Shown here piece by piece: positions 53,990-62,672 of a DNA stretch of 64,000 bases. Both the position numbers and the translations under genes were made by a program. Origin of the DNA: an uncultured Prevotellaceae bacterium (lineage in GTDB: Bacteria; Bacteroidota; Bacteroidia; Bacteroidales; Bacteroidaceae); NCBI GenBank assembly GCA_947307015.1, contig CAMZHV010000001.1:12846-76845 (forward strand). Reading direction: 5' to 3'. The notes under the pieces were generated by a model that was not told where the DNA came from, did not search any database, and saw only the letters and a program-made list of their open reading frames with translations. Every line of letters starts with the position of its first letter. Within the stretch, counting starts at the first letter, position 1.

Positions 53990-54888
53990 TATATCACTGT
54001 GCCGCCCTGAAGGTCATGGATGTTGGTGATGCGGACGCTGGCGACCCCTGCTCGCAAAGCTGCAAAAGCGTTCTCGAGCTTGGGGATCATTCCACCTGCA
54101 ATCGTACCGTCAGCCACAAAAGCGCGGAACTCAGGTTCTGTGAGATGCGGGATGAGAGTCGAGGAATCGGCGGGGTCGCGCATGACGCCGGGGAGCTCGA
54201 AGCAGAAGGTTAAAGTTAATGGACAATGGACAATGGACAATGGGCAATGAGTCCCATGCTTGTTCACTACTATTGCAGAAGCGTCATTGTCCATTGTCCA
54301 TTGTCCATTGTCGCATTTTGCCAAAGCGACAGCTACCGTCTGTGCCATCGTGTCGGCATTGATATTAAGCATATTGCCCTGACCGTCGTGCGTGAGGGGT
54401 GCGATGACGGGGGTGATGCCCATCTGGAGTAGTTGCAGGAGTTGGGTGCCGTCGGCACTGTCCACATCGCCAACAAAGCCGAAGTCGATGCCTTCGGGGG
54501 TGATTGGACGGCGATGGGCACGGATGAGGTTGAGGTCGGCACCGGTGAGTCCTAAGGCATTGACACCACGTGCCTGCAATTGTGCTACGATATTCTTATT
54601 GACAAGTCCGCCATAGACCATCGTCACAACGCGCAGCATCGCTGCATCCGTGATGCGGCGGCCGTCTACCATCTGACTCTCAATGCCAAGCTGTGCCGCT
54701 AACTTCGTCGCCGAGCGTCCACCGCCATGCACAAGCACCTTAGGCCCTTCAATTTTGACGAATTCATCGAGGAGAACGGCCAACTGCTCAGGGTCTTCAA
54801 CAACAGCGCCACCAACTTTTATCAAAGAAATGCTCCGACCTACGTGCGTGGGCTGGGACTCTTCTTTATTCAAGATACGTGTATCCAT
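53989..54888 (-). CDS. argB: Acetylglutamate kinase
   Basis: Start at MDTRILNK; the longer ORF to 55164 overlaps speA. IKVGGAVV, LVHGGG, NINADT and GGMIPK motifs. Carries a ~100-nt in-frame insertion. Confidence 0.88.
   Translation of the reverse strand: MDTRILNKEESQPTHVGRSISLIKVGGAVVEDPEQLAVLLDEFVKIEGPKVLVHGGGRSATKLAAQLGIESQMVDGRRITDAAMLRVVTMVYGGLVNKNIVAQLQARGVNALGLTGADLNLIRAHRRPITPEGIDFGFVGDVDSADGTQLLQLLQMGITPVIAPLTHDGQGNMLNINADTMAQTVAVALAKCDNGQWTMDNDASAIVVNKHGTHCPLSIVHCPLTLTFCFELPGVMRDPADSSTLIPHLTEPEFRAFVADGTIAGGMIPKLENAFAALRAGVASVRITNIHDLQGGTVI
54218..54317. mobile_element. MITE-like palindromic element with arms of four GGACAAT heptamers, in frame in argB
   Basis: Left arm aatggacaatggacaatggacaatgggcaatga (54218-54250). 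The right arm (54284-54317) is its reverse complement apart from 2-3 positions. 33-nt spacer. Confidence 0.8.
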
Positions 54889-56758
54889 AAAGTCCTGCTC
54901 TGTAATTGCTGATAAATTCTTTGCCTTCGGCTTCGGTGATCTTGCCATCCTTGATAGCGCGGCTGACCCATATCTCGAGTCGGCGGACGAGCTTCTTGGG
55001 ATCGTACTGCACATATTCGAGCACATCGGCAACGGTCTCGCCGTCAATAATCTGTTCGATGTCATAGCCCTCGCGATTGACCGTGATATGTACGGCGTTG
55101 GTGTCGCCGAAAAGGTTGTGCATATTGCCGAGAATCTCCTGATAGGCACCGACGAGGAAAACACCGATGTAGTAGTGCTCGCCTACTTTCACAGAATGCA
55201 AGGGGATATAGTTGGTCTGATGGCCACCGTTGACGTAGGTCGTAATCTTGCCGTCGGAGTCGCAGGTGATATCTTGCAGGGTTGCACTGCGCGTGGGCTG
55301 CTCACCCAGACGGGCGATAGGCATGATGGGGAAAAGCTGGTCGAGAGCCCATGAGTCGGGCATCGACTGGAAGAGGGAGAAGTTGCAGAAATACTTGTCG
55401 GCCATCTGCTTATCCAAGGCACGCAGCTCGTCGGGGACGTGCTTTTGGTGGTGTGCAAGCTCGGCAACCTCGTGACTGATAGCCCAATAGATGGACTCAA
55501 TCTGTGCGCGTGTCTTGAGGTCGATGATGCCGTGACGGAACAGGTCGAGGGCTTCCTCTCGGATGTCCTCAGCATCATGCCAGTCTTCGAGCAGCGAGCG
55601 GTTGGAGAGTTTGTCCCAGATCTCCGTGAGGTCGTGAACAAGCTTGTGGTCGGCTTCGCTCGGCTCAAAGTCTTCAGGCATCTGCGGCGCACAGACGCTC
55701 TCGAGGACATCGACGATGAGCACGCTGTGGTGTGCAGTCAGCGAACGTCCGCCCTCAGTGATGATGTTGGGATGAGGTATGTCGTTCTTGTTAGCTGTCT
55801 CGACGAGGTTGTAAACACAGTCGTTGACATACTCCTGAATGCTATAGTTGACCGAACTCTCTGAGTTAGAGGAGCGTGTGCCGTCGTAATCGACACCGAG
55901 GCCACCACCACAGTCAATAAACTCTATGCCGAAGCCCATGGCATGGAGCTGCGCATAGAACTGAGCGGCCTCGCGCAGGGCGGTACTGATGCGACGTATT
56001 TTGGTGATCTGGCTACCGATATGAAAGTGAAGGAGCTTCAGGCAGTCACGCAGGCCCATCTCGTCAAGCAGCTGCAGGGCCATGAGCAGCTCGGAGCTGT
56101 TGAGGCCAAACTTGGAGGCATCGCCGCCGCTCTCACTCCACTTGCCAGAACCGTTGGCGGCCAACTTGATGCGAATGCCAAGGTTGGGACGTACGCCTAA
56201 ACGCTGTGCGGTCTCGGCGATGATCTTCAATTCGGGCAGTTTCTCAATGACGAGGAATACGCGCTTGCCCATCTTCTGCGCCAGCAGCGCCAGCTCGATG
56301 AAGTTCTGGTCCTTGTGGCCGTTGCAGATAATGAGGCTGTCGGAGTCCATATTCGTGGCGAGCACGGCATGGAGCTCAGGCTTGGAGCCGGCTTCAAGAC
56401 CGAGGTTGTAGCGCTTACCGTGGCTGATAATCTCTTCGACAACGGGTCGCATCTGATTGACTTTCACGGGGAAGATGATGAAATGCTCGGCCTGGTAATC
56501 GTACTCTTTGGCAGCCTTTCGGAAACATTCGTCGGTCTTCTCGATACGGTTGTCAAGGATGTCGGGGAAGCGCAGGAGCACGGGCGCCGTAACGTGCCGC
56601 GTGGACAGTTCGTCGATGACGTCTTTCAAATCTATCTGCACGCCATTCTTCTTGGGCGTCACGTAGACATGTCCCTTGTCGTTAATACCAAAATAGTTGA
56701 CACCCCAGCCCTTGATGTTATAGAGCTCTTCGGAGTCTTCAATACGCCACTTTTTCAT
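54866..56758 (-). CDS. speA: Biosynthetic arginine decarboxylase
   Basis: 630 aa. Full-length SpeA-type PLP decarboxylase (FPVKVNQ, GLEAGSKPEL, CGGGLGVDYDG). Confidence 0.95.
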   Translation of the reverse strand: MKKWRIEDSEELYNIKGWGVNYFGINDKGHVYVTPKKNGVQIDLKDVIDELSTRHVTAPVLLRFPDILDNRIEKTDECFRKAAKEYDYQAEHFIIFPVKVNQMRPVVEEIISHGKRYNLGLEAGSKPELHAVLATNMDSDSLIICNGHKDQNFIELALLAQKMGKRVFLVIEKLPELKIIAETAQRLGVRPNLGIRIKLAANGSGKWSESGGDASKFGLNSSELLMALQLLDEMGLRDCLKLLHFHIGSQITKIRRISTALREAAQFYAQLHAMGFGIEFIDCGGGLGVDYDGTRSSNSESSVNYSIQEYVNDCVYNLVETANKNDIPHPNIITEGGRSLTAHHSVLIVDVLESVCAPQMPEDFEPSEADHKLVHDLTEIWDKLSNRSLLEDWHDAEDIREEALDLFRHGIIDLKTRAQIESIYWAISHEVAELAHHQKHVPDELRALDKQMADKYFCNFSLFQSMPDSWALDQLFPIMPIARLGEQPTRSATLQDITCDSDGKITTYVNGGHQTNYIPLHSVKVGEHYYIGVFLVGAYQEILGNMHNLFGDTNAVHITVNREGYDIEQIIDGETVADVLEYVQYDPKKLVRRLEIWVSRAIKDGKITEAEGKEFISNYRAGLYGYTYLE

Positions 56759-56799
56759 TTTATTATTGGGGGAGGTAAAAGGTTATGGGGATGGGGGCA

Positions 56800-57327
56800 T
56801 TAAATTTTCAGCATTTGTCGGATGAGTGTTACGCTCTCCTGGATTTTGGTGAAGTTGTCGAGGAGAGAGACGTCAAGGGAGTATTTGGCCTTGGAATAGA
56901 AGGCTTCGCGCTGTGACACAGTCTCGCGAACATAAGCTTCCAGCTCTTCGGGGCTCTTGCCCTCGATGAGCGGCCGCTTACCCTTGCCCATGCGGAGGTG
57001 CATGGCGAGGACTTCGGGCTCGGCCTTGAGATAAACGGTGTCGGCCAGCGAGTTCATATAATCCATGTTGTCGTAGAAGCAGGGCGTACCGCCGCCGCAG
57101 CTGACAACGACATTCTCGAACTCAGCCACTTCATGCAGCATACGACGTTCGAGGTCGCGAAAGCCCTGCTCGCCTCGCTCGGCAAAGATTTCGGGGACGC
57201 TCTTGTGGTAGCGCATGGTGATGTACCAGTCGAGGTCGTAGAAATAGACACCCAGTTCCTGTGCCAGCGCCTTACCGACAGTCGTCTTGCCGGCACCCAT
57301 GAAACCAATAAGAATAATCCTGATCAT
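56800..57327 (-). CDS. aroK: Shikimate kinase
   Basis: 175 aa. GFMGAGKTTVG Walker A, FRDLE, GGG. Confidence 0.92.
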   Translation of the reverse strand: MIRIILIGFMGAGKTTVGKALAQELGVYFYDLDWYITMRYHKSVPEIFAERGEQGFRDLERRMLHEVAEFENVVVSCGGGTPCFYDNMDYMNSLADTVYLKAEPEVLAMHLRMGKGKRPLIEGKSPEELEAYVRETVSQREAFYSKAKYSLDVSLLDNFTKIQESVTLIRQMLKI

Positions 57328-59675
57328 GACTTGCGACGGATAAAACGGCGTTTAGTCGTGGGATTTGCCTTGGACTTCTCGTCCGCCTCGCGGATAACGG
57401 TCATGCACTCTTCGAGGGTCAGCTCCTGCGCATGTTCCTGCTGCGCCTTAGTAAGGCGGTAGTTGTCCCCTTTGTAGATCATGTAAGGCCCGAAGCGTCC
57501 GTTTACAATCTCAAGGTCGGGCTCCCCATCGAAAGACTTGATATGACGATCGGTATCGTTGCGCCGTCTCTCCTCGATGTGTGCAATGGCCTCTTCGAGC
57601 GTGATAGCCAACGGATCGGTCTGCGGGGGCAATGAGATGAATTTCTTCTGGAACAAAACGTAGTTGCCATAACGTCCCGTGCCCACGGTGATGTCCTCGC
57701 CCTCGAACTGTCCGAGCAGGCGCGGCAGGCGGAAGAGCTCCAGCACCTCGTCGAGGGTGACGGTCTCTATACTCTGTCCCTTCCTGAGCTGTGCGAAGCG
57801 TGGCTTCTCCGTATCCTCGGCAGAGCCGATCTGCGCCACGGGTCCGAAGCGCCCTATCTTCACACTAACGCACTTGCCCGTCGCGGGGTCGGTGCCCAGC
57901 ACACGCTCGCCTGCCCTCAGTTCGTTTTTGACGTGAAGCGAGGTCTCTACCTGAGGCTCAAACTCCGTCCAGAACTGACGTATCATCTCCGTCCAGGCTT
58001 CCTTGCCGTCGGCAATGGCATCGAATTCCTTCTCAACGTCGGCAGTGAAGTTGTAATCCATGATTTTTGGAAAGTATTCCATGAGGAAGTCGTTGACGAC
58101 GAGACCGATGTCAGTGGGCAGCAGGCGTCCGCGTTCAGCGCCGAAGACGGCGGTGTTCTGTTCGGCTGTTACATTTTGGTCGCGCAAGTAGAGCGTCGTG
58201 AACGTGCGCTCGTCGCCGCTCTTGTCACCTTTGACGACATATTCGCGCTGTTGGATGGTGCTGATGGTGGGTGCGTAGGTCGAAGGACGTCCAATGCCCA
58301 GCTCCTCAAGCTTGCGCACAAGGCTGGCTTCGTTGAAACGTGAAGGACGCTGCGTGAAGCGCTCCATGGCCTGCACCTCGACGCGCTGTAGGCTGTCACC
58401 CGCAGTGAGTGGAGGAAGGATGACGGCGCTCTCGTTCTGGCGTTCTTCGGCCTCGTCGTTGTCGGTCTCGCGATAGACCTTGAGGAAGCCGTCGAATTTG
58501 ATGACCTCACCTGTGGCCACGAACTGCTCGTCGCGGTTGCTGATGGTGATGGTGGCTACGGTCTTCTCCATCTCTGCATCGGCCATCTGGCTGGCAATGG
58601 TGCGCTTCCAGATAAGGTCGTAGAGGCGGCGCTCCTGTGTCGTTCCCTCGGTGAGCTCGGTGCGATCCATATAGGTGGGGCGGATGGCTTCGTGTGCCTC
58701 CTGAGCGCCTTTAGAGGAGGTGTGGAACTGGCGCGTCTTGACGTATTCCTCGCCCATGATCTCCGTGATGACATTGCGACTGGTGCCGAGAGCAAGCGAA
58801 GAGAGGTTGACGCTGTCCGTACGCATATACGTGATGAGTCCGCTCTCATAGAGGTGCTGCGCCACAAGCATGGTCTGCGAGACGGGGAAGCCCAGCTTGT
58901 GGGCCGCTTCCTGCTGCAAGGTGCTCGTCGTAAAAGGCGGTGCGGGTGAGCGGTGTACGGGGCGCATCTGGATATCCTCGACGGTCAGTTTGGCATCCTT
59001 GATGCTGTTAAGGAAGGCCTCAGCCTCCTTACGGGTGGCAAAGCGGCGGTTGAGTTCAGCGCGCAGCTGGCTGCCGTCGGCTTTGGCGAGGATGGCCGTC
59101 ACACGGAACCAAGCCTCGCTCTGGAAAGCCTGCACTTCGCGCTCGCGCTCCACGATGAGGCGCACGGCGACGCTTTGCACGCGACCAGCGCTGAGGCTGG
59201 GCTTCACCTTACGCCAGAGCACGGGTGAGAGCTTGAAACCTACGATGCGGTCAAGCACGCGGCGTGCCTGTTGGGCATTGACAAGTCCCATCTCCACCTG
59301 TCGCGGGTGCTCGATGGCTTCGAGGATGGCGGGTTTGGTGATCTCGTGGAACACGATGCGCCGCGTCGTTTCGGGCTTCAAACGCAGCACTTCCTGCAAG
59401 TGCCAAGAGATGGCTTCTCCCTCGCGGTCTTCATCGGATGCGAGCCATACGAGGTCCGCCTTCTTGGCGTTCTGCTTGAGTTGTGATACAATGTGTGTCT
59501 TGTCGGCAGGTATTTCGTACTGCGGCAAGAAAGAATTGAGATCTACGCTGAAGTCTTTCTTCTTCAGGTCGCGGATATGTCCGTATGAGGACATCACTTT
59601 GTAGTCCTTACCAAGGAATTTCTCTATAGTCTTGGCCTTGGCAGGGGACTCTACGATGACGAGATTTTTAGGCAT
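57324..59675 (-). CDS. topA: DNA topoisomerase I
   Basis: Start at MPKNLVIVESPAKAKTIEKFLG (TOPRIM). ITYMRTDS active-site Tyr region. A -7 box at 59706-59713 argues against the longer ORF. Confidence 0.95.
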   Translation of the reverse strand: MPKNLVIVESPAKAKTIEKFLGKDYKVMSSYGHIRDLKKKDFSVDLNSFLPQYEIPADKTHIVSQLKQNAKKADLVWLASDEDREGEAISWHLQEVLRLKPETTRRIVFHEITKPAILEAIEHPRQVEMGLVNAQQARRVLDRIVGFKLSPVLWRKVKPSLSAGRVQSVAVRLIVEREREVQAFQSEAWFRVTAILAKADGSQLRAELNRRFATRKEAEAFLNSIKDAKLTVEDIQMRPVHRSPAPPFTTSTLQQEAAHKLGFPVSQTMLVAQHLYESGLITYMRTDSVNLSSLALGTSRNVITEIMGEEYVKTRQFHTSSKGAQEAHEAIRPTYMDRTELTEGTTQERRLYDLIWKRTIASQMADAEMEKTVATITISNRDEQFVATGEVIKFDGFLKVYRETDNDEAEERQNESAVILPPLTAGDSLQRVEVQAMERFTQRPSRFNEASLVRKLEELGIGRPSTYAPTISTIQQREYVVKGDKSGDERTFTTLYLRDQNVTAEQNTAVFGAERGRLLPTDIGLVVNDFLMEYFPKIMDYNFTADVEKEFDAIADGKEAWTEMIRQFWTEFEPQVETSLHVKNELRAGERVLGTDPATGKCVSVKIGRFGPVAQIGSAEDTEKPRFAQLRKGQSIETVTLDEVLELFRLPRLLGQFEGEDITVGTGRYGNYVLFQKKFISLPPQTDPLAITLEEAIAHIEERRRNDTDRHIKSFDGEPDLEIVNGRFGPYMIYKGDNYRLTKAQQEHAQELTLEECMTVIREADEKSKANPTTKRRFIRRKS

Positions 59676-59705
59676 AACTATCGCTTCTTTTTCGATTAGT
59701 GGGCG

Positions 59706-59713
59706 CAAAACTA
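59706..59713 (-). promoter_or_regulatory. Putative -7 box TAGTTTTG for topA
   Basis: 30 nt upstream of ATG 59675. Confidence 0.45.
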
Positions 59714-59761
59714 CATAAAAAAAGCGAACTATACCTTATATATATAAGAAAAAAACATTTT

Positions 59762-60565
59762 TTAGGCCTTTTCCGTGCCTTTTAACCCTTCTTTTCGCAC
59801 CGCAAGGATGCCCACATAGAGGAAAAAGAGGCTCACGAGACCCAATAGGCCGGCACCCACAGGGCCGCCCACAAAATGGATCAGCGAGTCGTCATCGGGC
59901 GAGAGGAACCCCAGCAGGCAGGCGAAGGAGTTGTTGAAGACGTGGATGCAAACGGGGGCTGCCAGCGAACCCGTCCACCAATAGGCAAAGCCCAACATGA
60001 TGCCGAGGACTAAAGCCACCACCATCTGCGCGGGATTCAGGTGGACGAGCGAGAAGATGGCTGCGCTCAGGCCAATGGAAACCGCCACGCCCTGATGGGC
60101 GTACTTACGCAGCAGACCGTTCATCACACCGCCGCGGAACAATAGTTCCTCGGACAGCGGCCCCAGCACGGCCACCGTGATCAATCCGAAGGGGTTGTAC
60201 ATGATGGTCTCCATATCCTGATCAGAAAGCAGGTTGGGCAGGTCGGGTAAGAACGCTTCCTGAATAAGATTGGTCAGGATGATAAGAGGCAGGGCCAGCA
60301 GAAAGGCCAGCAGCGTGCGGCGCCCCATGCTGCCACGCAAGCCTGCCACGGTGCTTGCCCATGTGATATTGTGTGGACGAAAGAGGAAGAAGAGCAGGAT
60401 AGCCAACACATTAGCCAAGAAGAGCGCCGTGACCATATATTCCCCCGACATACCAACTTGATGGTTCTTGATCAGCGAAAAGGCAAAAGCAAGGACGATG
60501 GCCGTGATCTGACTGACAATAAAGAGGATGATGTATATCCACCAATCTGTACGTAAGTTCTTCAT
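59762..60565 (-). CDS. CPBP-family intramembrane glutamic endopeptidase (CAAX protease-like)
   Basis: 267 aa, polytopic. SEELLFRGG and FSLVHL motifs. Confidence 0.85.
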   Translation of the reverse strand: MKNLRTDWWIYIILFIVSQITAIVLAFAFSLIKNHQVGMSGEYMVTALFLANVLAILLFFLFRPHNITWASTVAGLRGSMGRRTLLAFLLALPLIILTNLIQEAFLPDLPNLLSDQDMETIMYNPFGLITVAVLGPLSEELLFRGGVMNGLLRKYAHQGVAVSIGLSAAIFSLVHLNPAQMVVALVLGIMLGFAYWWTGSLAAPVCIHVFNNSFACLLGFLSPDDDSLIHFVGGPVGAGLLGLVSLFFLYVGILAVRKEGLKGTEKA

Positions 60566-60577
60566 CGTTTCAAAGAT

Positions 60578-61501
60578 TTACAATGTATATTTTTTTGTTT
60601 TCAACGCGTCCAAAGCCTGCACCTTGTCAGCTTCCAGCTGTTTTGCCAGCTCTGCTTCGCTGCTGAACCGTCGCTCCTCGCGCAGGCGGGCGATAAAAGA
60701 TAGGGTGAGGACGTGGTCGTAGAGGTTGCCATGGAAGTCGAAGAGATGGGCTTCGATGCTCACGTCTTCGCCATTGTCTATCGTAGGTCGACAGCCGATA
60801 TTGAGCATTGCAGCTCCTTCCCATCTGTCCCCCAAATGAGAGAAGCAACTAACCCAGACAGCATAGACACCACGCGCAGGCAGCAACTTGGCAGCATCAA
60901 CGGCTTGGAGGTTGGCCGTTGGGAAGCCGAGCTGGCGCCCAACTTCATGCCCATGTACAACGTGCCCCGACCATGTGTAGGACCGTCCGAGCAGCTGGGC
61001 AGCCGTTGCGACATCCCCTTCCTCAAGGGCTCGTCGTATGGCCGAGCTGCTGACATGTCCACCCTCCAACGCCTTCGCCAGCACAACGTCTATGCCCACT
61101 TCGCGCCCATACGCTTGATAATCCGCAAAGGTCTCAGGCACAGCCCCTCGCCGTCCGAAATGATGGTCGTAGCCGATGACGAGCACAGTGGCACCGAGTT
61201 GGTCGCACAACACCTGCTGCATGAAATCACGGGCGCTGAGCGATGCCATCATTTGGTCGAAAGGCAGCACGAAGATGTCATCGACGCCTGTTGCCCTAAG
61301 CAGCGCCATCTTCTCTTCAGCCGTTGTCAGCTGAGGCGGTACGCTGTCAGGGGCAAACACAGCACGAGGATGGCGGTCGAAGGTGATGAGCAACGAGCGT
61401 GCATCGCGCCGCCGTGCCTCGTCCTGCACTTGACGGATGAGGCACTGGTGACCGCGATGCACGCCGTCGAAGAAGCCGATAGAACAAACAGCCCCTCCCA
61501 C
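60578..61501 (-). CDS. ribF: Bifunctional riboflavin kinase / FMN adenylyltransferase
   Basis: 307 aa, GTG start. IGFFDGVHRGHQ; riboflavin kinase C-terminal half (GFPTANL, EAHLFDF). Confidence 0.92.
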   Translation of the reverse strand: MGGAVCSIGFFDGVHRGHQCLIRQVQDEARRRDARSLLITFDRHPRAVFAPDSVPPQLTTAEEKMALLRATGVDDIFVLPFDQMMASLSARDFMQQVLCDQLGATVLVIGYDHHFGRRGAVPETFADYQAYGREVGIDVVLAKALEGGHVSSSAIRRALEEGDVATAAQLLGRSYTWSGHVVHGHEVGRQLGFPTANLQAVDAAKLLPARGVYAVWVSCFSHLGDRWEGAAMLNIGCRPTIDNGEDVSIEAHLFDFHGNLYDHVLTLSFIARLREERRFSSEAELAKQLEADKVQALDALKTKKYTL

Positions 61502-61509
61502 GCTCTTTC

Positions 61510-62409
61510 TTATACCAAATGTCCTACAATTTCCTCCCTATCTCCAGGCAGCAGATCGATGATAGGTATCTCGATCATGGTGTAGCAGCCGGGCTGCTGA
61601 CGCATCGAGGCGCGAGCTACGTTGACGAGCACCTGAGCCGTGAGGGCAGGATTGTTGATCTTCATGTTGAACTCGAAGAGTTGGTTGTGTGTCTGGCCGC
61701 TGACACCCTTGCGCACGAGGTTCACACCGTGACCGACATCGTTCAGGTCCTTGACGCAGGGTACCTGATTGACGTGGGTCTCATCGTTGACGAAATAGGG
61801 GTCTGTGAGGATAGCCTGCTTGACGGTCTCGAAGTCGGCTCCGTCCTCCAGCTCGACATATACCATGCGGCGGTGAATACCCGTGCCAAGGGGGATGGTC
61901 ACGCTCAGCGCATCGCGAACACCTGCAATAGCACGAACAGCTACGCTATGTCCCATCGATCGGCCGGGGCCAAAGTTGGTGTAACTGATGCCCTTGGGTG
62001 CTAGGCTCTCCATGAGGGTACGCACGACGCTGTCCGATCCGGGGTCCCAACCTGCGCTGATGATGCTGACGGCACCGCCGGCCTTGGCGGCAGCGTCCAA
62101 CGAGCGGCGCAGCTCAACAATCTTCGTGTGGATGTCAAAGGAGTCAACGGTGTTGATACCCAGCGCCAGGATGTCCTTGGCATAGGCTTCCACGCTGCGC
62201 GTCGGCGTGGCGAGGATGGCTACATCCACGTCCTGAAGCTCGCGGATATCCTTCACAACCTTGTAGCCTTCGAGTTCTTTGGGCAGATCCTCGGCACCAC
62301 GACGGCGCACGATGCCGGCCACTTCCATATCAGGCGACTCAACGAGCGCCTCCAACGTGTACTTTCCGATATTGCCGTAACCTACTACGGCTGCACGAAT
62401 CTTCTTCAT
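61510..62409 (-). CDS. ddh: meso-Diaminopimelate D-dehydrogenase
   Basis: 299 aa. VVGYGNIGK Rossmann N-terminus and AGWDPGS motif, typical of Ddh. Confidence 0.88.
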   Translation of the reverse strand: MKKIRAAVVGYGNIGKYTLEALVESPDMEVAGIVRRRGAEDLPKELEGYKVVKDIRELQDVDVAILATPTRSVEAYAKDILALGINTVDSFDIHTKIVELRRSLDAAAKAGGAVSIISAGWDPGSDSVVRTLMESLAPKGISYTNFGPGRSMGHSVAVRAIAGVRDALSVTIPLGTGIHRRMVYVELEDGADFETVKQAILTDPYFVNDETHVNQVPCVKDLNDVGHGVNLVRKGVSGQTHNQLFEFNMKINNPALTAQVLVNVARASMRQQPGCYTMIEIPIIDLLPGDREEIVGHLV

Positions 62410-62502
62410 TGTGTTTGTTCTTTTTTTATTTGTGGGGTTATTCTGTTTATTTGTAGGATTACGCTGTCATTCTCTTAACGGACATTTCTCACTAAGACGC
62501 TG

Positions 62503-62510
62503 CAAAGGTA
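62503..62510 (-). promoter_or_regulatory. Putative -7 box TACCTTTG for ddh
   Basis: 93 nt upstream of ATG 62409. Confidence 0.4.
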
Positions 62511-62626
62511 AACAAAAGTAACGCTTTGGCCAAATCTCAGCCCCAAAATATGTCTCAAAAAGTGCGATGATACGTCAGCAAAAGAGATTGTGACACGAGA
62601 GCGCACTTCCTTTCAGTTTTTTTACC

Positions 62627-62634
62627 TACATTTG
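62627..62634 (+). promoter_or_regulatory. Putative -7 box TACATTTG for the GPH-family transporter gene
   Basis: 38 nt upstream of ATG 62673. Confidence 0.45.
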
Positions 62635-62672
62635 CAGCGCAAAACGACCGTATTCATCAAAAAACAATATTT

